Notes: generated from the letters alone by a model not told the origin. DNA of 64,000 nucleotides from Candidatus Daviesbacteria bacterium (GCA_028715175.1 JAQUSJ010000001.1:276550-340549), one strand, 5' to 3'. Shown: positions 36,136 through 46,667, numbered from the stretch's first letter. Program-made: numbers and translations.

Positions 36136-39100
36136 TGAAAAAAATTATTTTTTTATTGCTATCTTTTTTTTCCATAATTTTTTCCGCACAAACTGTTGCA
36201 GCAAGTAATTCATTCATTTCAATCGTAAATCCTGTTAGAGGAAACGACTTTTGGGATTTAAAGGATCAAAGCGTAGAAACCGCAGTTTTGGGTCAAATTG
36301 AGATATTAAACAAATCTAATTTACCAGCGACCTGGCTGCTGCGATTTGATGTGCTTAATAATGAAAATATTATTAATCAGTTAAAAGATAGGACGCTTGA
36401 TGAAAAAGGATTATTCCTGGAAGTGACTCAAGCCTGGACAGCTCAAGCAAAGATTCAATATCGTAAGTTAGATATTTGGCATGCAGCCGGCAGCGCTTTT
36501 TTGACCGGTTACGAAAGGGAACAAAGAGGAAAACTGATCGATGTTGCTTTTGAAAAATTTAAAAATATCTTTGGTCAATATCCTGTCTCAGTTGGCGCAT
36601 GGTGGATTGATGCTTATTCGCTGGATTATATGCAAAAAAAATACGACATCACCTCAGCGTTAATTGTGGCCGATCAATACTCAACAGATAATTATCAAAT
36701 TTGGGGTCAATATTTTGGGACTCCTTATTATCCAGGCAAGAATAACGCGCTTCATCCTGCCGGTAACTTAGAAAACAAACTTGATGTTGTAATGATGCAG
36801 TGGGCCACAAGAGATCCGGTGAATGGTTATGGAAACGGGGTAACGGAAAGTACTTTTTCCGTACAGGCCAATGATTATATTGATTATCACGATTTAGACA
36901 CGAAGTATTTTTCTTCCTTAATTGACATATACACAAAACAAAAATTTAACCAGTTTGCTCACATGGTAGTTGGTTTAGAAAATTCTTATTCCTGGAGAAA
37001 ATATGCAGATGAATATAAAAAACAAATTGAAGTATTGATTGAAAAAAGAGATTCCAATCAGCTTTCGGTTATCACGATGAAAGATTTTGCCGGTTGGTAT
37101 AAAAAAACTTTCCCAAAACTTTCTCCTGAACAATTAATTGTTGCAGATGACCCGCTGGGGAGTTTTAGAAAAGCTGTTTGGTTTATGAACCCGTATTACA
37201 GAGCGGGATGGTTTTTAAATTCTGATGGAAGCGTTTTTAGAGAGATTAGACAATATGTTGATGGAGAAGAGGAATTATGCTTTAGGACTAGATGTGACAA
37301 TGTTAACTTTGCAACTTCTGCTACCAGAGTTTTGGACGACGTCAGCTTTAGCAGCAAATGGGTGATAGATGAAGGGAAAATTAGTAATTCTAAAGTAGAA
37401 AGAAAAGGGGATGATTTTTTAATCAGTTATAAAAATGAAGCGGGAAATGTAAGACATATAGAATTTTTGCCCCGTGATATAAGTTTAGACGGAAATATTT
37501 TTTCTATTGATGCGGCCATATTAAATGCAATCAAAACAGGGAGTACAGTAACTAAGAATGCCGCAGCGGGGGGACAAACGCTTGATTGGTCCCTTTTTTC
37601 CGTCATATTAAAGCTTGCGGAATTTTTACTATTTTTATTGCTTGTCACTTTTATTCCGGGATTTGTTTTAAGTCGTAACTTTTTGAAAAAGGATTCCCTT
37701 TTTCTGCGGTTATTTATATCCGGATCAGTCGGGTTTGTCGTGCTTACTTTGCTTTTCTATATAACTAGTTTGTTGAAAATTAGGCCATTGGTTTTTGCTT
37801 ATATTTTAATAAGCCTGATTTTGTATGTCCGCTTTAAACCTCCTTTTGTCATCCTGAGAGAAACGAAGGATCTAATCATTAGATTTTTCCCCAGTCAAAG
37901 GCGGCCTCAGAATGACAGGGTTGGGTGGTTTAATTTAATATTGATTGCAATTATTTTGGCCGGAACCATATTCCAAGCAATGCCTACTTTTAAAAGCGGT
38001 TTAAATTTTTCCTATGGTATCGGACTTTGGGGACCTAATACTCATGATGGTGTTTGGCATATAGCTTTAATAAATCAGTTGGTAAAGTCTGTTCCGCCTG
38101 AAAACCCTGTCTATTCCGGTGTTACCTTAAAGAATTATCACTTCTTTTATGATCTTTTAGTGGCTGTTACAAATTACTTATCCGGACTACCTGTTTCCGA
38201 TTTAGTCTTTAGATTTTATCCGGTAATTTTCTCTTTGATGTTGGGATTGGGTTCTTATTATCTTATCATGAAACTTTTTAAAAATAGAATGGAGGAGATG
38301 CAGGTAAAAGTTGCCGCAGTATTCAGCTTATATTTTATTTATTTTGCCGGCAGTTTTGGATGGATTGTGGAATTTTTGCGGGAGGGTCACTTTGGTGGGG
38401 AATCGGCTTTTTGGGCCAATCAGGCAGTTTCTTTTAATTTGAATCCGCCGTTTGCGGTTTCTTTGGTTATTCTTATTTCCCTGTTTCATATCTTGTTTTC
38501 AAATACCAAAGGAATAGTGCCGAATGCCGTTGCGATCATTATGGTTGGTACTCTTGCCAGTTTTAAATCATACACCGGAATTTTAGTATTAGGAGCTTTG
38601 TGTTTTGTAGCAGCGGTAAGGATTTTAAGAAATAAAGATTTTACTTGTTTTTGGACTGTGCTTTTTTCCATTTTGGTCACTGCCTTATTATTTTTGTCTA
38701 ATTTTCAGGCGAGTTCCGCGCTGATTATTTTTGTGCCGTTTTGGTTTATTCATTCAATGGTTGATTCTCCGGATCGGGTTGGTTGGGTTAGGTTATCTTT
38801 AGCCAGGACAACCTCTCAAGCGCTGGAACAGTGGCCGAAATTTATTATAGCGGAAACATTAAGCCTCCTGCTTTTTATATTTGGGAATTTAGGATTGCGG
38901 TTTTTAAGTTTAGGGTATCTGCTGAAGATAAAAGAAATTTTTAAAAATGACACTTTACTATTTATTTCTACAACGGCAATTTTGTCAAGCGTAATACCCA
39001 TTCTTTTTATACAGTCAGGTAATCCTTGGAATACAATTCAATTTTTCTACCCCTTTTTGTATATCAGCGCGCTTTTTAGCGGACCGGTTATTGCTTTTTT

Positions 39101-39623
39101 GGTTTTTAGACTGAATAAAATACTGGTTTTTAGTTTTGTATGCCTGGTTCTTATTATTGCGCCGATTAACTCACTTGTTACAGCCGGCGGGTATTTGAGT
39201 AAAACACCACATGCTTTTATTTCTTCAAAAGAACTTGCGGGTTTGCAATTTTTAGCTAGTGAGCCTAAGGGAACAGTGTTAACTTATCCTTATGACGGGA
39301 AATTAAAAACTAAAGTTGCGGAACCTTGGCCGATCCTCGTTTATGATAGTACGGCTTATGTTTCAGCTTTTTCTAAAAAAGCGGGCTATTTGGAAGATGA
39401 ACCGCAGAATCAAATCTTGCTGACAGATTATAAAAAGAGACTGGTTGCTTCAAAGGATTTTTTCTTGAAACCTGTTTCCGAAGGATCAAAATTTCTGCGC
39501 GATAATAATATAAAATATATTTACATACCAAAAATATACGACATAAGACTTGATGAGGGCGCCCAAGAGGTAAAAAATATTTTCGAAAATGAAGAAATAA
39601 TTATTTATCAAGTAAATCAATGA
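36135..39623 (+). CDS. Giant bipartite protein: signal peptide + ~490-aa secreted domain of unknown function fused to a ~650-aa GT-C-like polytopic membrane domain with C-terminal extracytoplasmic domain
   Basis: MKKIIFLLLSFFSIIFSAQTVAA signal. No TM helix until ~aa 500, then >14 helices. Loop GLWGPNTHDGVWHIALINQL. Stop overlaps the next start (ATGA). Confidence 0.5.
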   Translation: MKKIIFLLLSFFSIIFSAQTVAASNSFISIVNPVRGNDFWDLKDQSVETAVLGQIEILNKSNLPATWLLRFDVLNNENIINQLKDRTLDEKGLFLEVTQAWTAQAKIQYRKLDIWHAAGSAFLTGYEREQRGKLIDVAFEKFKNIFGQYPVSVGAWWIDAYSLDYMQKKYDITSALIVADQYSTDNYQIWGQYFGTPYYPGKNNALHPAGNLENKLDVVMMQWATRDPVNGYGNGVTESTFSVQANDYIDYHDLDTKYFSSLIDIYTKQKFNQFAHMVVGLENSYSWRKYADEYKKQIEVLIEKRDSNQLSVITMKDFAGWYKKTFPKLSPEQLIVADDPLGSFRKAVWFMNPYYRAGWFLNSDGSVFREIRQYVDGEEELCFRTRCDNVNFATSATRVLDDVSFSSKWVIDEGKISNSKVERKGDDFLISYKNEAGNVRHIEFLPRDISLDGNIFSIDAAILNAIKTGSTVTKNAAAGGQTLDWSLFSVILKLAEFLLFLLLVTFIPGFVLSRNFLKKDSLFLRLFISGSVGFVVLTLLFYITSLLKIRPLVFAYILISLILYVRFKPPFVILRETKDLIIRFFPSQRRPQNDRVGWFNLILIAIILAGTIFQAMPTFKSGLNFSYGIGLWGPNTHDGVWHIALINQLVKSVPPENPVYSGVTLKNYHFFYDLLVAVTNYLSGLPVSDLVFRFYPVIFSLMLGLGSYYLIMKLFKNRMEEMQVKVAAVFSLYFIYFAGSFGWIVEFLREGHFGGESAFWANQAVSFNLNPPFAVSLVILISLFHILFSNTKGIVPNAVAIIMVGTLASFKSYTGILVLGALCFVAAVRILRNKDFTCFWTVLFSILVTALLFLSNFQASSALIIFVPFWFIHSMVDSPDRVGWVRLSLARTTSQALEQWPKFIIAETLSLLLFIFGNLGLRFLSLGYLLKIKEIFKNDTLLFISTTAILSSVIPILFIQSGNPWNTIQFFYPFLYISALFSGPVIAFLVFRLNKILVFSFVCLVLIIAPINSLVTAGGYLSKTPHAFISSKELAGLQFLASEPKGTVLTYPYDGKLKTKVAEPWPILVYDSTAYVSAFSKKAGYLEDEPQNQILLTDYKKRLVASKDFFLKPVSEGSKFLRDNNIKYIYIPKIYDIRLDEGAQEVKNIFENEEIIIYQVNQ

Positions 39624-41248
39624 AACCTAAATTAATATTGTTTTGTCTTGTAATAGTTGGATTACTCTTAAGAGTAATATTCATTAACAATAGCCCGCCC
39701 TCATTATATGGAGACGAGTTAACCATAACTCTGGATGCTTATTCCTTATTAAAAACAGGTCAAGATCAGTTAGGAAACTTACTGCCGCTAACCTTTTCTA
39801 TGGGGGCCGGCCGGCCAGCCGGTTATGTGTATGGGTCAATACCGTTTGTGGCTATCTTTGGTTCGTCTGCGTTAGGTATAAGAGCTCTTTCGATTTTGTC
39901 AGGCATAGGGATAATTATTCTTTTATATTATATAGGTAGGAAACTATTTTCTGGGAAGGTTGGGATAGCAGCTGCTTTTATTGGATCTGTTTCTCCATGG
40001 GATATATCTTTAAGCAGAGGCGGTTTTGAGGCTCATTTTGCATTGTTTCTTGTACTACTGGGAACTTATCTTTTTATTCAAGCAAAGAATACACCCGTAT
40101 TTTATATAATTTCTGCATTGAGTTTTGGGTTAACACTGCATACTTATCCAACATATAAAGTAAGTCTACTGCTATTTTTACCATTACTTCTGTGGTATCA
40201 AGGTGACCTAAAAAGGGTTTTAAACAATTATAGAAAATATTTTTTAACTGGAGTTTGTATATTTATATTCTTCAGTGGTTTATCTTTAATCCAAACTTTT
40301 ACAGGAGGTTCGGAAGCAAGATTTTTAGGTATAAATATATTTGCACAGGATAAATTAAAAGATACAATCGTGCAAAAGATAAACTTCGAAAGACAAATAA
40401 CACAGTTACCTCAGTCTATCTCTAAATATTTTCATAACAAACCTATTGAGTATGCAAAAGTATTCAGTGAAAATTATCTGCAGAATTTTTCAATTGATTT
40501 TCTAATTCTACACGGTGATCGAAACCCAAGACACAATATGGCAACAATGGGGGAGATATATTTTATAGAATTAGTATTAATTTTTATTGGGTTTATTGCT
40601 TCCTGGTACAAAGAAAAAAGGACAAAAATATTTTTGTTTTCCTGGTTATTTCTAGCTCCGATTCCTGCAGCAATTATTGATACTCCGCATGCGCTAAGAA
40701 GTGCTTTTATGTTCCCTCCTCTTGTACTTTTTTCCGCGGTAGGGCTTATAACAGTTTTTAATCACAAAAATAAGTTATTTTCAGTTTTAATTCTAATGAT
40801 TTTTATTTTTCAATTCATATTCTTTGTCCAAAAACTATATTTCCTGGCTCCAAAAGAATACAGCAACTTTTGGTCATATTCTGCAAAACTTGCCTCACAA
40901 ATTGCTAAAAATAATAAAGACAAATTTACTTATGTGATTTTATCTGACAGGATCGATAATATAGAGTTTGCTTATCCGGTTTATGCAAAAATTGATCCCA
41001 ATATAATAATTTCTCAAAATCAAAATAAAACTTTACTCAATGGCAGCAAATTTAAAAAATTTGACAACATTTATATTGGATATATTCCTGAAAGCCGGGT
41101 AGAGAAATTTATTGATTCACTGGAGAGGTCTATGTTGTATATTAGTTCGGCAGGCGATAAGGAATTTCTTAGTAACCCGGAATTAATTGATGGCCTGGAC
41201 GGTCAGAAGGCGCTAGTTTTAGAAAAAAGAGCTTTAAGTAATGAATAA
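39620..41248 (+). CDS. GT-C glycosyltransferase, PMT/ArnT-like subfamily B paralog
   Basis: LYGDELTITLDAYSLLKTGQDQLGNLLPLTF loop after TM1; IRALSILSG..SPWDISLSRGGFEA; mid-protein FLILHGDRNPRHNMATMGEIYF motif. Confidence 0.65.
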   Translation: MKPKLILFCLVIVGLLLRVIFINNSPPSLYGDELTITLDAYSLLKTGQDQLGNLLPLTFSMGAGRPAGYVYGSIPFVAIFGSSALGIRALSILSGIGIIILLYYIGRKLFSGKVGIAAAFIGSVSPWDISLSRGGFEAHFALFLVLLGTYLFIQAKNTPVFYIISALSFGLTLHTYPTYKVSLLLFLPLLLWYQGDLKRVLNNYRKYFLTGVCIFIFFSGLSLIQTFTGGSEARFLGINIFAQDKLKDTIVQKINFERQITQLPQSISKYFHNKPIEYAKVFSENYLQNFSIDFLILHGDRNPRHNMATMGEIYFIELVLIFIGFIASWYKEKRTKIFLFSWLFLAPIPAAIIDTPHALRSAFMFPPLVLFSAVGLITVFNHKNKLFSVLILMIFIFQFIFFVQKLYFLAPKEYSNFWSYSAKLASQIAKNNKDKFTYVILSDRIDNIEFAYPVYAKIDPNIIISQNQNKTLLNGSKFKKFDNIYIGYIPESRVEKFIDSLERSMLYISSAGDKEFLSNPELIDGLDGQKALVLEKRALSNE

Positions 41249-42173
41249 AATAAAATATTTACTGCTTATTTTAATCTCAGTTACTGCTTTATCTTTTAGA
41301 TTTTATATTAATTATTTCATACCCGTCAACCAACAGATTAATTTATTATTTATACTTTTAGGTCTGTTTAATTTAATATTATTATTTTGTATAATTCAAA
41401 GGCTAGCCAATTATAAAATTGGGTTGTTGGCAGCTCTACTATACGCAATATCCCCTTGGACAGCATACCTTGAATTGGTATCCAGTCCATATATCTTTTT
41501 ACTTTCTTCTATATTATTTCTATATCTGGGAATTCAAATATTTAATGTCAGCAAAGGAATTTTCTTGCTATTGATCATTGCGATCGGAGGTTTTTTTCTA
41601 TACAGATATAATCAAATCACTGTTTTTTCCAATATAGGTTTAATCAATGATGTAAATAGTTTTAGAGGTGAAACGAATCAAACTTTTCTCTCTCCTTTAG
41701 GAAAGATTATCGAAAACCGTTATATATATTTAAGCGAGCATTTAACATCTAATATCCTTAAACAATTTACTCCGGCAACTTATTTTACAAATCAGGTTCG
41801 ATTACTGGGGTTTTCTAATTCTTCGCCAATATATTTAGGCTTTATAACTCCTTTCTTATTTGGTGTTTTGATATCGGTAAGATTAATACCAAGGAAGAGA
41901 ATTTCAGAAATAATAGCCGGAGCTTTATTTATATTGCCTTCAATACTATCTAAAGACTCGCCTGATTTATCCCGCTTAATCTTAATTTCTCCAATAATTT
42001 TTTTTGTAATAAGTATAGGTTTATATGAATTTATTCTAAATTACAGGAAAAAAGTATTCCTTTTTTTGCTGTTTCTTACGGTGTTTATGGTGGTATTGCA
42101 GTTTCTGATAACTATCTCCGATATAGCGGTTAGAGAACCTGTAAGATTACAGATGTTTTTGGATCAAAAATAA
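41241..42173 (+). CDS. N-terminally truncated GT-C-like membrane protein (lacks the DE catalytic loop)
   Basis: 310 aa. Goes from TM1 directly into LAALLYAISPWTAYLE (the second-motif region of subfamily B). ATYFTNQVRLLGFSNSSPIYLGFITPFLFG resembles the mid-protein module. Confidence 0.45.
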   Translation: MNKIKYLLLILISVTALSFRFYINYFIPVNQQINLLFILLGLFNLILLFCIIQRLANYKIGLLAALLYAISPWTAYLELVSSPYIFLLSSILFLYLGIQIFNVSKGIFLLLIIAIGGFFLYRYNQITVFSNIGLINDVNSFRGETNQTFLSPLGKIIENRYIYLSEHLTSNILKQFTPATYFTNQVRLLGFSNSSPIYLGFITPFLFGVLISVRLIPRKRISEIIAGALFILPSILSKDSPDLSRLILISPIIFFVISIGLYEFILNYRKKVFLFLLFLTVFMVVLQFLITISDIAVREPVRLQMFLDQK

Positions 42174-42174
42174 T

Positions 42175-43833
42175 ATGAAAAGATTTAATCAGAGAAGAGG
42201 TAAACATATTTTTGTTTTCCTGCTATCTCTTACAATAGTAGGAGGTTTTCTAAGGTTTTATCAGATTACTAAGAATCCAATCAGTCTTTCTATTGACGAA
42301 GTGGCATTCGCGTATAATGCTTTTTCTATTTTGAAAACTGGCCGCGATGAATATGGTAAATTTCTTCCTTTATCTTTTAAATCAACCGGAGATTATAAGA
42401 ATCCGGTTCCTATATACACGATGGTTCCGTCAATTGCCATATTTGGGCTAAACGAATTTAGTATTAGGCTGCCTACAGCGCTGATTGCTACTTTAAGCAT
42501 CCCTGTTTTTTTTCTTTTATTTCTGGAGATTACAGGATCTCAAGTAATATCACTTTCCGCTGTCTTGCTTTTGACAATTTCCCCCTGGCATATTTATTAT
42601 TCACGGTATGTTTCTGATCATTTAATAGCGGCAACACTAGTGGTTTTGGGGGTATTATCTTTTTTAAGAATGCTAAAAACAGGCAGATGGTTTTGGAGTA
42701 TCGGTTCTGCGATTTTCCTTATTTTATCAATGTATACTTATTATGCCGAACGGTTATTTATTCCTCTTTTTTTCTTAGCGCTATTTATACTAAAAAAACG
42801 GGATTTAGTTGAAAGATTAAAACAAGTAAAATTATTTATAGCAGTTTGCGCAGTTTTGCTCTTTCCGCTTATTTTTTCCACTTTTTTTGGACCTGATAGG
42901 ATAAGAGCGCAAATGACATGGATTGGTAATGATGTTGAGTTTGTAAGGAATGTAGCAGTAAAACCTTTGAAAAATATCCCTTTTTTGACTTCAGATAATT
43001 TATTACTTGTTTTTTTTGGAGCGAGAAAATATTTGAATTATTTTGATCCTGGATTCCTTTTCTATAGCGGTTTAAATATGACTAAAAGCGGTAGCTACGG
43101 ACTAGGCGTTTTGTATTTATTTGAAACCCCCTTTTTTATTTTAGGAATTATTACATTGATCAGGAAAAAGATAAAAAACAAAGGCTTAATTATTGCATGG
43201 ATTTTGGTAGGTTTGATACCTGCGTCATTGACAAATAACGAACAGCATCCCGGACGCACCTTTATTATTCTTCCTATGATCATACTGATTTCTGCAATAG
43301 GAGTAGTTGAGCTTTTCAGGTTAATAAGAACTTATTTAAATCAGTATTTAAGGAATATAATTTTTGTAGCTTTTTCAATCATTATTATATGGAATTTAAT
43401 CCAAGCATTTTTAATCTATAGCGTGCATTTCCCCCGTCAAAAAGGAGAAAATTTTATGGAAGGCACTAAGGAAACGGTCGAATTTGCGCTGGTAAATAAG
43501 AATAAGTACAAAGAGATAGTTTTTGATCCGTACAGGGGGATAGAGGCTCCGTACATAGTTAGCATCCCGCATATGTATATTCTATTTTACTCGCAATATA
43601 ACCCCGCAATTTATCAGCAGGAAGAAAAAATACGGCCGGACGGATCATACGGATTTGATAAGTTCACCATCAGGAGAATTGACTGGAGGACAGATAGGTT
43701 AAAAACAGATACTTTATTTATTGGTAGTCCTTGGAGTTTGCCTGAAAAAGATATTAAAAACCAGGAAATTTTAAAGAGGGTCTATCTTTCCGGCGGACAA
43801 TTAGCTTTTTTGATTGTTTCTCCAGTGCAGTAA
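42175..43833 (+). CDS. GT-C glycosyltransferase, PMT/ArnT-like subfamily B paralog
   Basis: SIDEVAFAYNAFSILKTGRDEYGKFLPLSFKSTGDYKNPVPIY; IRLPTALIATL; TISPWHIYYSRYVSDH. 552 aa. Confidence 0.7.
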   Translation: MKRFNQRRGKHIFVFLLSLTIVGGFLRFYQITKNPISLSIDEVAFAYNAFSILKTGRDEYGKFLPLSFKSTGDYKNPVPIYTMVPSIAIFGLNEFSIRLPTALIATLSIPVFFLLFLEITGSQVISLSAVLLLTISPWHIYYSRYVSDHLIAATLVVLGVLSFLRMLKTGRWFWSIGSAIFLILSMYTYYAERLFIPLFFLALFILKKRDLVERLKQVKLFIAVCAVLLFPLIFSTFFGPDRIRAQMTWIGNDVEFVRNVAVKPLKNIPFLTSDNLLLVFFGARKYLNYFDPGFLFYSGLNMTKSGSYGLGVLYLFETPFFILGIITLIRKKIKNKGLIIAWILVGLIPASLTNNEQHPGRTFIILPMIILISAIGVVELFRLIRTYLNQYLRNIIFVAFSIIIIWNLIQAFLIYSVHFPRQKGENFMEGTKETVEFALVNKNKYKEIVFDPYRGIEAPYIVSIPHMYILFYSQYNPAIYQQEEKIRPDGSYGFDKFTIRRIDWRTDRLKTDTLFIGSPWSLPEKDIKNQEILKRVYLSGGQLAFLIVSPVQ

Positions 43834-43874
43834 ACTAATTTTACTTAAACCCGGTAAGCTGGTAAGATTTAAAT

Positions 43875-44783
43875 ATGAAACAGAAGATTTCAGTAATCAT
43901 TAATATTCTAAACGAAGAAAAAAATATCGGGAAAGTGATGAATTCTTTGGATTGGGCAGATGAAATAGTTATTGTAGACGATGGATCACAAGATAAGACA
44001 TATAAAATTCTGACTCGGTTAAAGATTGAAAACACAAAACTGAAGCTCTTTAAACATAAAAGTGTCGGATTTGTAGAACCAGCTAGGAATTTTGCAATAT
44101 CTAAGGCTACAAATGAATGGATATTAATTTTAGATGCAGATGAGCGGATCCCTCAGAGTTTAGCAGAAAAATTAGAAAAAATTGCTTCTAAAATGGAGCA
44201 AATAGATTATGTAAGGTTACCCAGAAAGAATATCATTTTTGGTCACGCTATGCGTCAGTCTCAGTGGTGGCCGGATTATAATATAAGATTTTTCAAAAAA
44301 GGAAAAGTTGAATGGGGTAATAGAATTCATAGACCTCCTCAGGCTCTTGGGCAAGGTTTAGATCTTCCGGCAGACGAGAAATATGCTATTGTTCATCACA
44401 ACTACGAAACTATCGCACAATTTTTACAAAGGATGAACAGATATACGGACATACAGGCAGAAGAATTAAAAAAAGAAGGATATAAATTTGACTGGAAAGA
44501 TCTTTTCGAAAAACCTCTCAACGAATTCTTATCAAGATTTTTTGCAAGAGAGGGTTACAAAGACGGCTTACATGGTTTAGCATTGAGCTTGCTACAAGCC
44601 TTCTCTTTTGTAGTTATGTATCTGAAATTATGGGAAATGGATAAGTTTAGAGAGCAAGATATCAACCTATCGGAGTTAAATAGTCTAAAAAATCAATCAG
44701 CAGAGGCTTTTAATTATTGGATTAACAGATCAAAGTATCCGGGTAATTTCTTTGAACGAGTATTCAAAAAGATTAAGAGTTAA
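43875..44783 (+). CDS. GT2 glycosyltransferase (WaaE/KdtX-like)
   Basis: ISVIINILNEEKNIGKVMNSLDWADEIVIVDDGSQDKT..LILDADE; C-terminal QFLQRMNRYTDIQAEE typical of this GT2 subgroup. Confidence 0.75.
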   Translation: MKQKISVIINILNEEKNIGKVMNSLDWADEIVIVDDGSQDKTYKILTRLKIENTKLKLFKHKSVGFVEPARNFAISKATNEWILILDADERIPQSLAEKLEKIASKMEQIDYVRLPRKNIIFGHAMRQSQWWPDYNIRFFKKGKVEWGNRIHRPPQALGQGLDLPADEKYAIVHHNYETIAQFLQRMNRYTDIQAEELKKEGYKFDWKDLFEKPLNEFLSRFFAREGYKDGLHGLALSLLQAFSFVVMYLKLWEMDKFREQDINLSELNSLKNQSAEAFNYWINRSKYPGNFFERVFKKIKS

Positions 44784-44785
44784 GT

Positions 44786-45589
44786 ATGTTAAGTGTAGCT
44801 ATAATTACAAAAAATGAAGAAAGCAGAATTAAAGCCTGTTTGGAATCTGTCAAATGGGCTGATGAGATTGTTGTTGTGGATAGCGGATCGAAGGACAATA
44901 CCTTAAAGATAGCAAGGGAATACACAGAAAAAATTTTCGAAGTGAATTTGCAAGATTTTTCTTCTCTTCGTAATCTAGCAACAGAAAAAGCTTCAGGGAA
45001 TTGGGTACTCTTTGTAGACTCAGACGAGCGGGTGCTTGAACCTTTGAAAAAAGAAATTGAGACTGTGATAGCTCTCTCGGATTATTCCGCCTATGCGATA
45101 TCCCGTAAAAACATCATTTTTGGCCAAGAGGTTAAGTATGGTCCTTTTTGGCCCGATTGGGTAATAAGGCTTTTTAAAAAGGATAGTTTTGAAGGGTGGA
45201 TTGGTCAAGTTCACGAAACGCTTAAGTTTAAAGGCGATTTAGGTTACAGTAAAAATTCGCTTTTGCATTTAACACATCGCAATACCGATCAAATTATTTT
45301 GAAAAGTTTGGAATGGTCAAAAATTGATGCCAAATTAAGATTTGCTTCGAAACATCCAAAGATGTCCGGGTGGAGATTTTTAAGAATCTTTGTTGCTGAA
45401 ATTTTTAACCAGGGAATTTTGCGAAAAGGTTTTTTCAACGGAACAATAGGAGTAATGGATTCCATCCTACAAGTTTTTAGTTTGTATATCACTTATGTTA
45501 GGTTATGGCAATTGCAGCAACCGGAAGATTTAAATAAAGTTTATGACAATTTAGACAAAAAGTTGATAGAAAATCAATTTCGTTATTGA
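44786..45589 (+). CDS. GT2 glycosyltransferase (WaaE/KdtX-like), tandem paralog
   Basis: LSVAIITKNEESRIKACLESVKWADEIVVVDSGSKDNT..LFVDSDE. Confidence 0.75.
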   Translation: MLSVAIITKNEESRIKACLESVKWADEIVVVDSGSKDNTLKIAREYTEKIFEVNLQDFSSLRNLATEKASGNWVLFVDSDERVLEPLKKEIETVIALSDYSAYAISRKNIIFGQEVKYGPFWPDWVIRLFKKDSFEGWIGQVHETLKFKGDLGYSKNSLLHLTHRNTDQIILKSLEWSKIDAKLRFASKHPKMSGWRFLRIFVAEIFNQGILRKGFFNGTIGVMDSILQVFSLYITYVRLWQLQQPEDLNKVYDNLDKKLIENQFRY

Positions 45590-46663
45590 ATGAAAATTGC
45601 GATTTATTCTCCATATTTAAATACTTTTGGCGGGGGAGAGAAATACATGATGACTATTGCGGAAATCTTCTCTTCCGAAAATACTGTGGATGTGCTTTTG
45701 GATCGCCATCTGGCGGATTCGGGAGGAGATTATTTAAAGAACGAATTGTCAAGAAGATTTAATCTTAATTTAAAATTTACAAATTTTATTTTTGCTCCTG
45801 TTGGTAAAAATTCTTCTTTTGCATACAGAATCTTTTTTTTAAAAAATTATGATGTGCTTTTCTATTTAACCGATGGAAGTATTTTTTTTCCAACCGCTAA
45901 GAAAAACATTTTACATATTCAGTCTCCTCTTATTGGGCAACCTGCAAAAAGCGTTTGGGGTAAGTTGAAGCTTAAGGGTTGGGATTTGATTATATATAAT
46001 TCAAAATTTACGGAAGAACATTCAGAGAAAAATTGGCCGTTAATCTCTCAAGTCATCTATCCGCCGGTTGATGTTGAGAAGATAAAACCTCTTAAAAAGA
46101 GAAAATACATATTGTCAGTCGGTCGCTTTTTTGGATATCTAAAAGATAAAAAACACGAGATTTTGATCAAAACTTTTAGAGAGCTTTTTGAAACCGGAAA
46201 GATTAATGGGTGGAGTTTGCAGTTGGTCGGATCGGCCGGAGAAGGAGATATGGATTATTTGGAGCAGTTGCAAATCTTGGCAGATGGATTACCTGTAAAA
46301 TTTTATCCAAATCTGGATTACGATAAATTAATCAAGCTTTACGGACAGTCAAGTATTTATTGGCATGCAGCCGGATTTGGGGAAACTGATCCTGCGAAAA
46401 TGGAGCATTTCGGAATTTCTGCAGTTGAGGCAATGGCAGCTGGATGTGTACCTGTGGTAATAAATAAAGGCGGATTAAAAGAGACAGTGGCTTATGGCAA
46501 AGACGGATTTCTGTGGGATGATTTAATGCAGCTTAAAGAATTAACAATAAATTTAGTAAACGATGCTCATTTAATACAAAAAATGTCAGAGCAAGCTATA
46601 AAATCGGCCAAAGGATTCGATAAGAATAACTTTGTGCAAAAGATACTTCGATTAACTGCTTAA
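45590..46663 (+). CDS. GT4 (glycosyl transferase group 1) retaining glycosyltransferase
   Basis: C-terminal EHFGISAVEAMAAGCVPVVINKGGLKETV (E-x7-E motif). 357 aa. Start is 1 nt after the previous stop. Confidence 0.75.
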   Translation: MKIAIYSPYLNTFGGGEKYMMTIAEIFSSENTVDVLLDRHLADSGGDYLKNELSRRFNLNLKFTNFIFAPVGKNSSFAYRIFFLKNYDVLFYLTDGSIFFPTAKKNILHIQSPLIGQPAKSVWGKLKLKGWDLIIYNSKFTEEHSEKNWPLISQVIYPPVDVEKIKPLKKRKYILSVGRFFGYLKDKKHEILIKTFRELFETGKINGWSLQLVGSAGEGDMDYLEQLQILADGLPVKFYPNLDYDKLIKLYGQSSIYWHAAGFGETDPAKMEHFGISAVEAMAAGCVPVVINKGGLKETVAYGKDGFLWDDLMQLKELTINLVNDAHLIQKMSEQAIKSAKGFDKNNFVQKILRLTA

Positions 46664-46667
46664 GCCT

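Noticed and set aside
36165-36172. Homopolymeric T8/A8 tracts inside many glycosyltransferase genes (e.g. 36165-36172, 36638-36645, 42505-42512, 45882-45889, 47072-47079, 47882-47889, 60698-60705, 62773-62780) as possible slipped-strand phase-variation switches
   Set aside because: At ~65% AT, roughly a dozen 8-mers of T or A are expected by chance in 64 kb on each strand. The tracts are not concentrated at 5' ends, and 8 nt is short for efficient slippage. Not supported without population-level length variation data.
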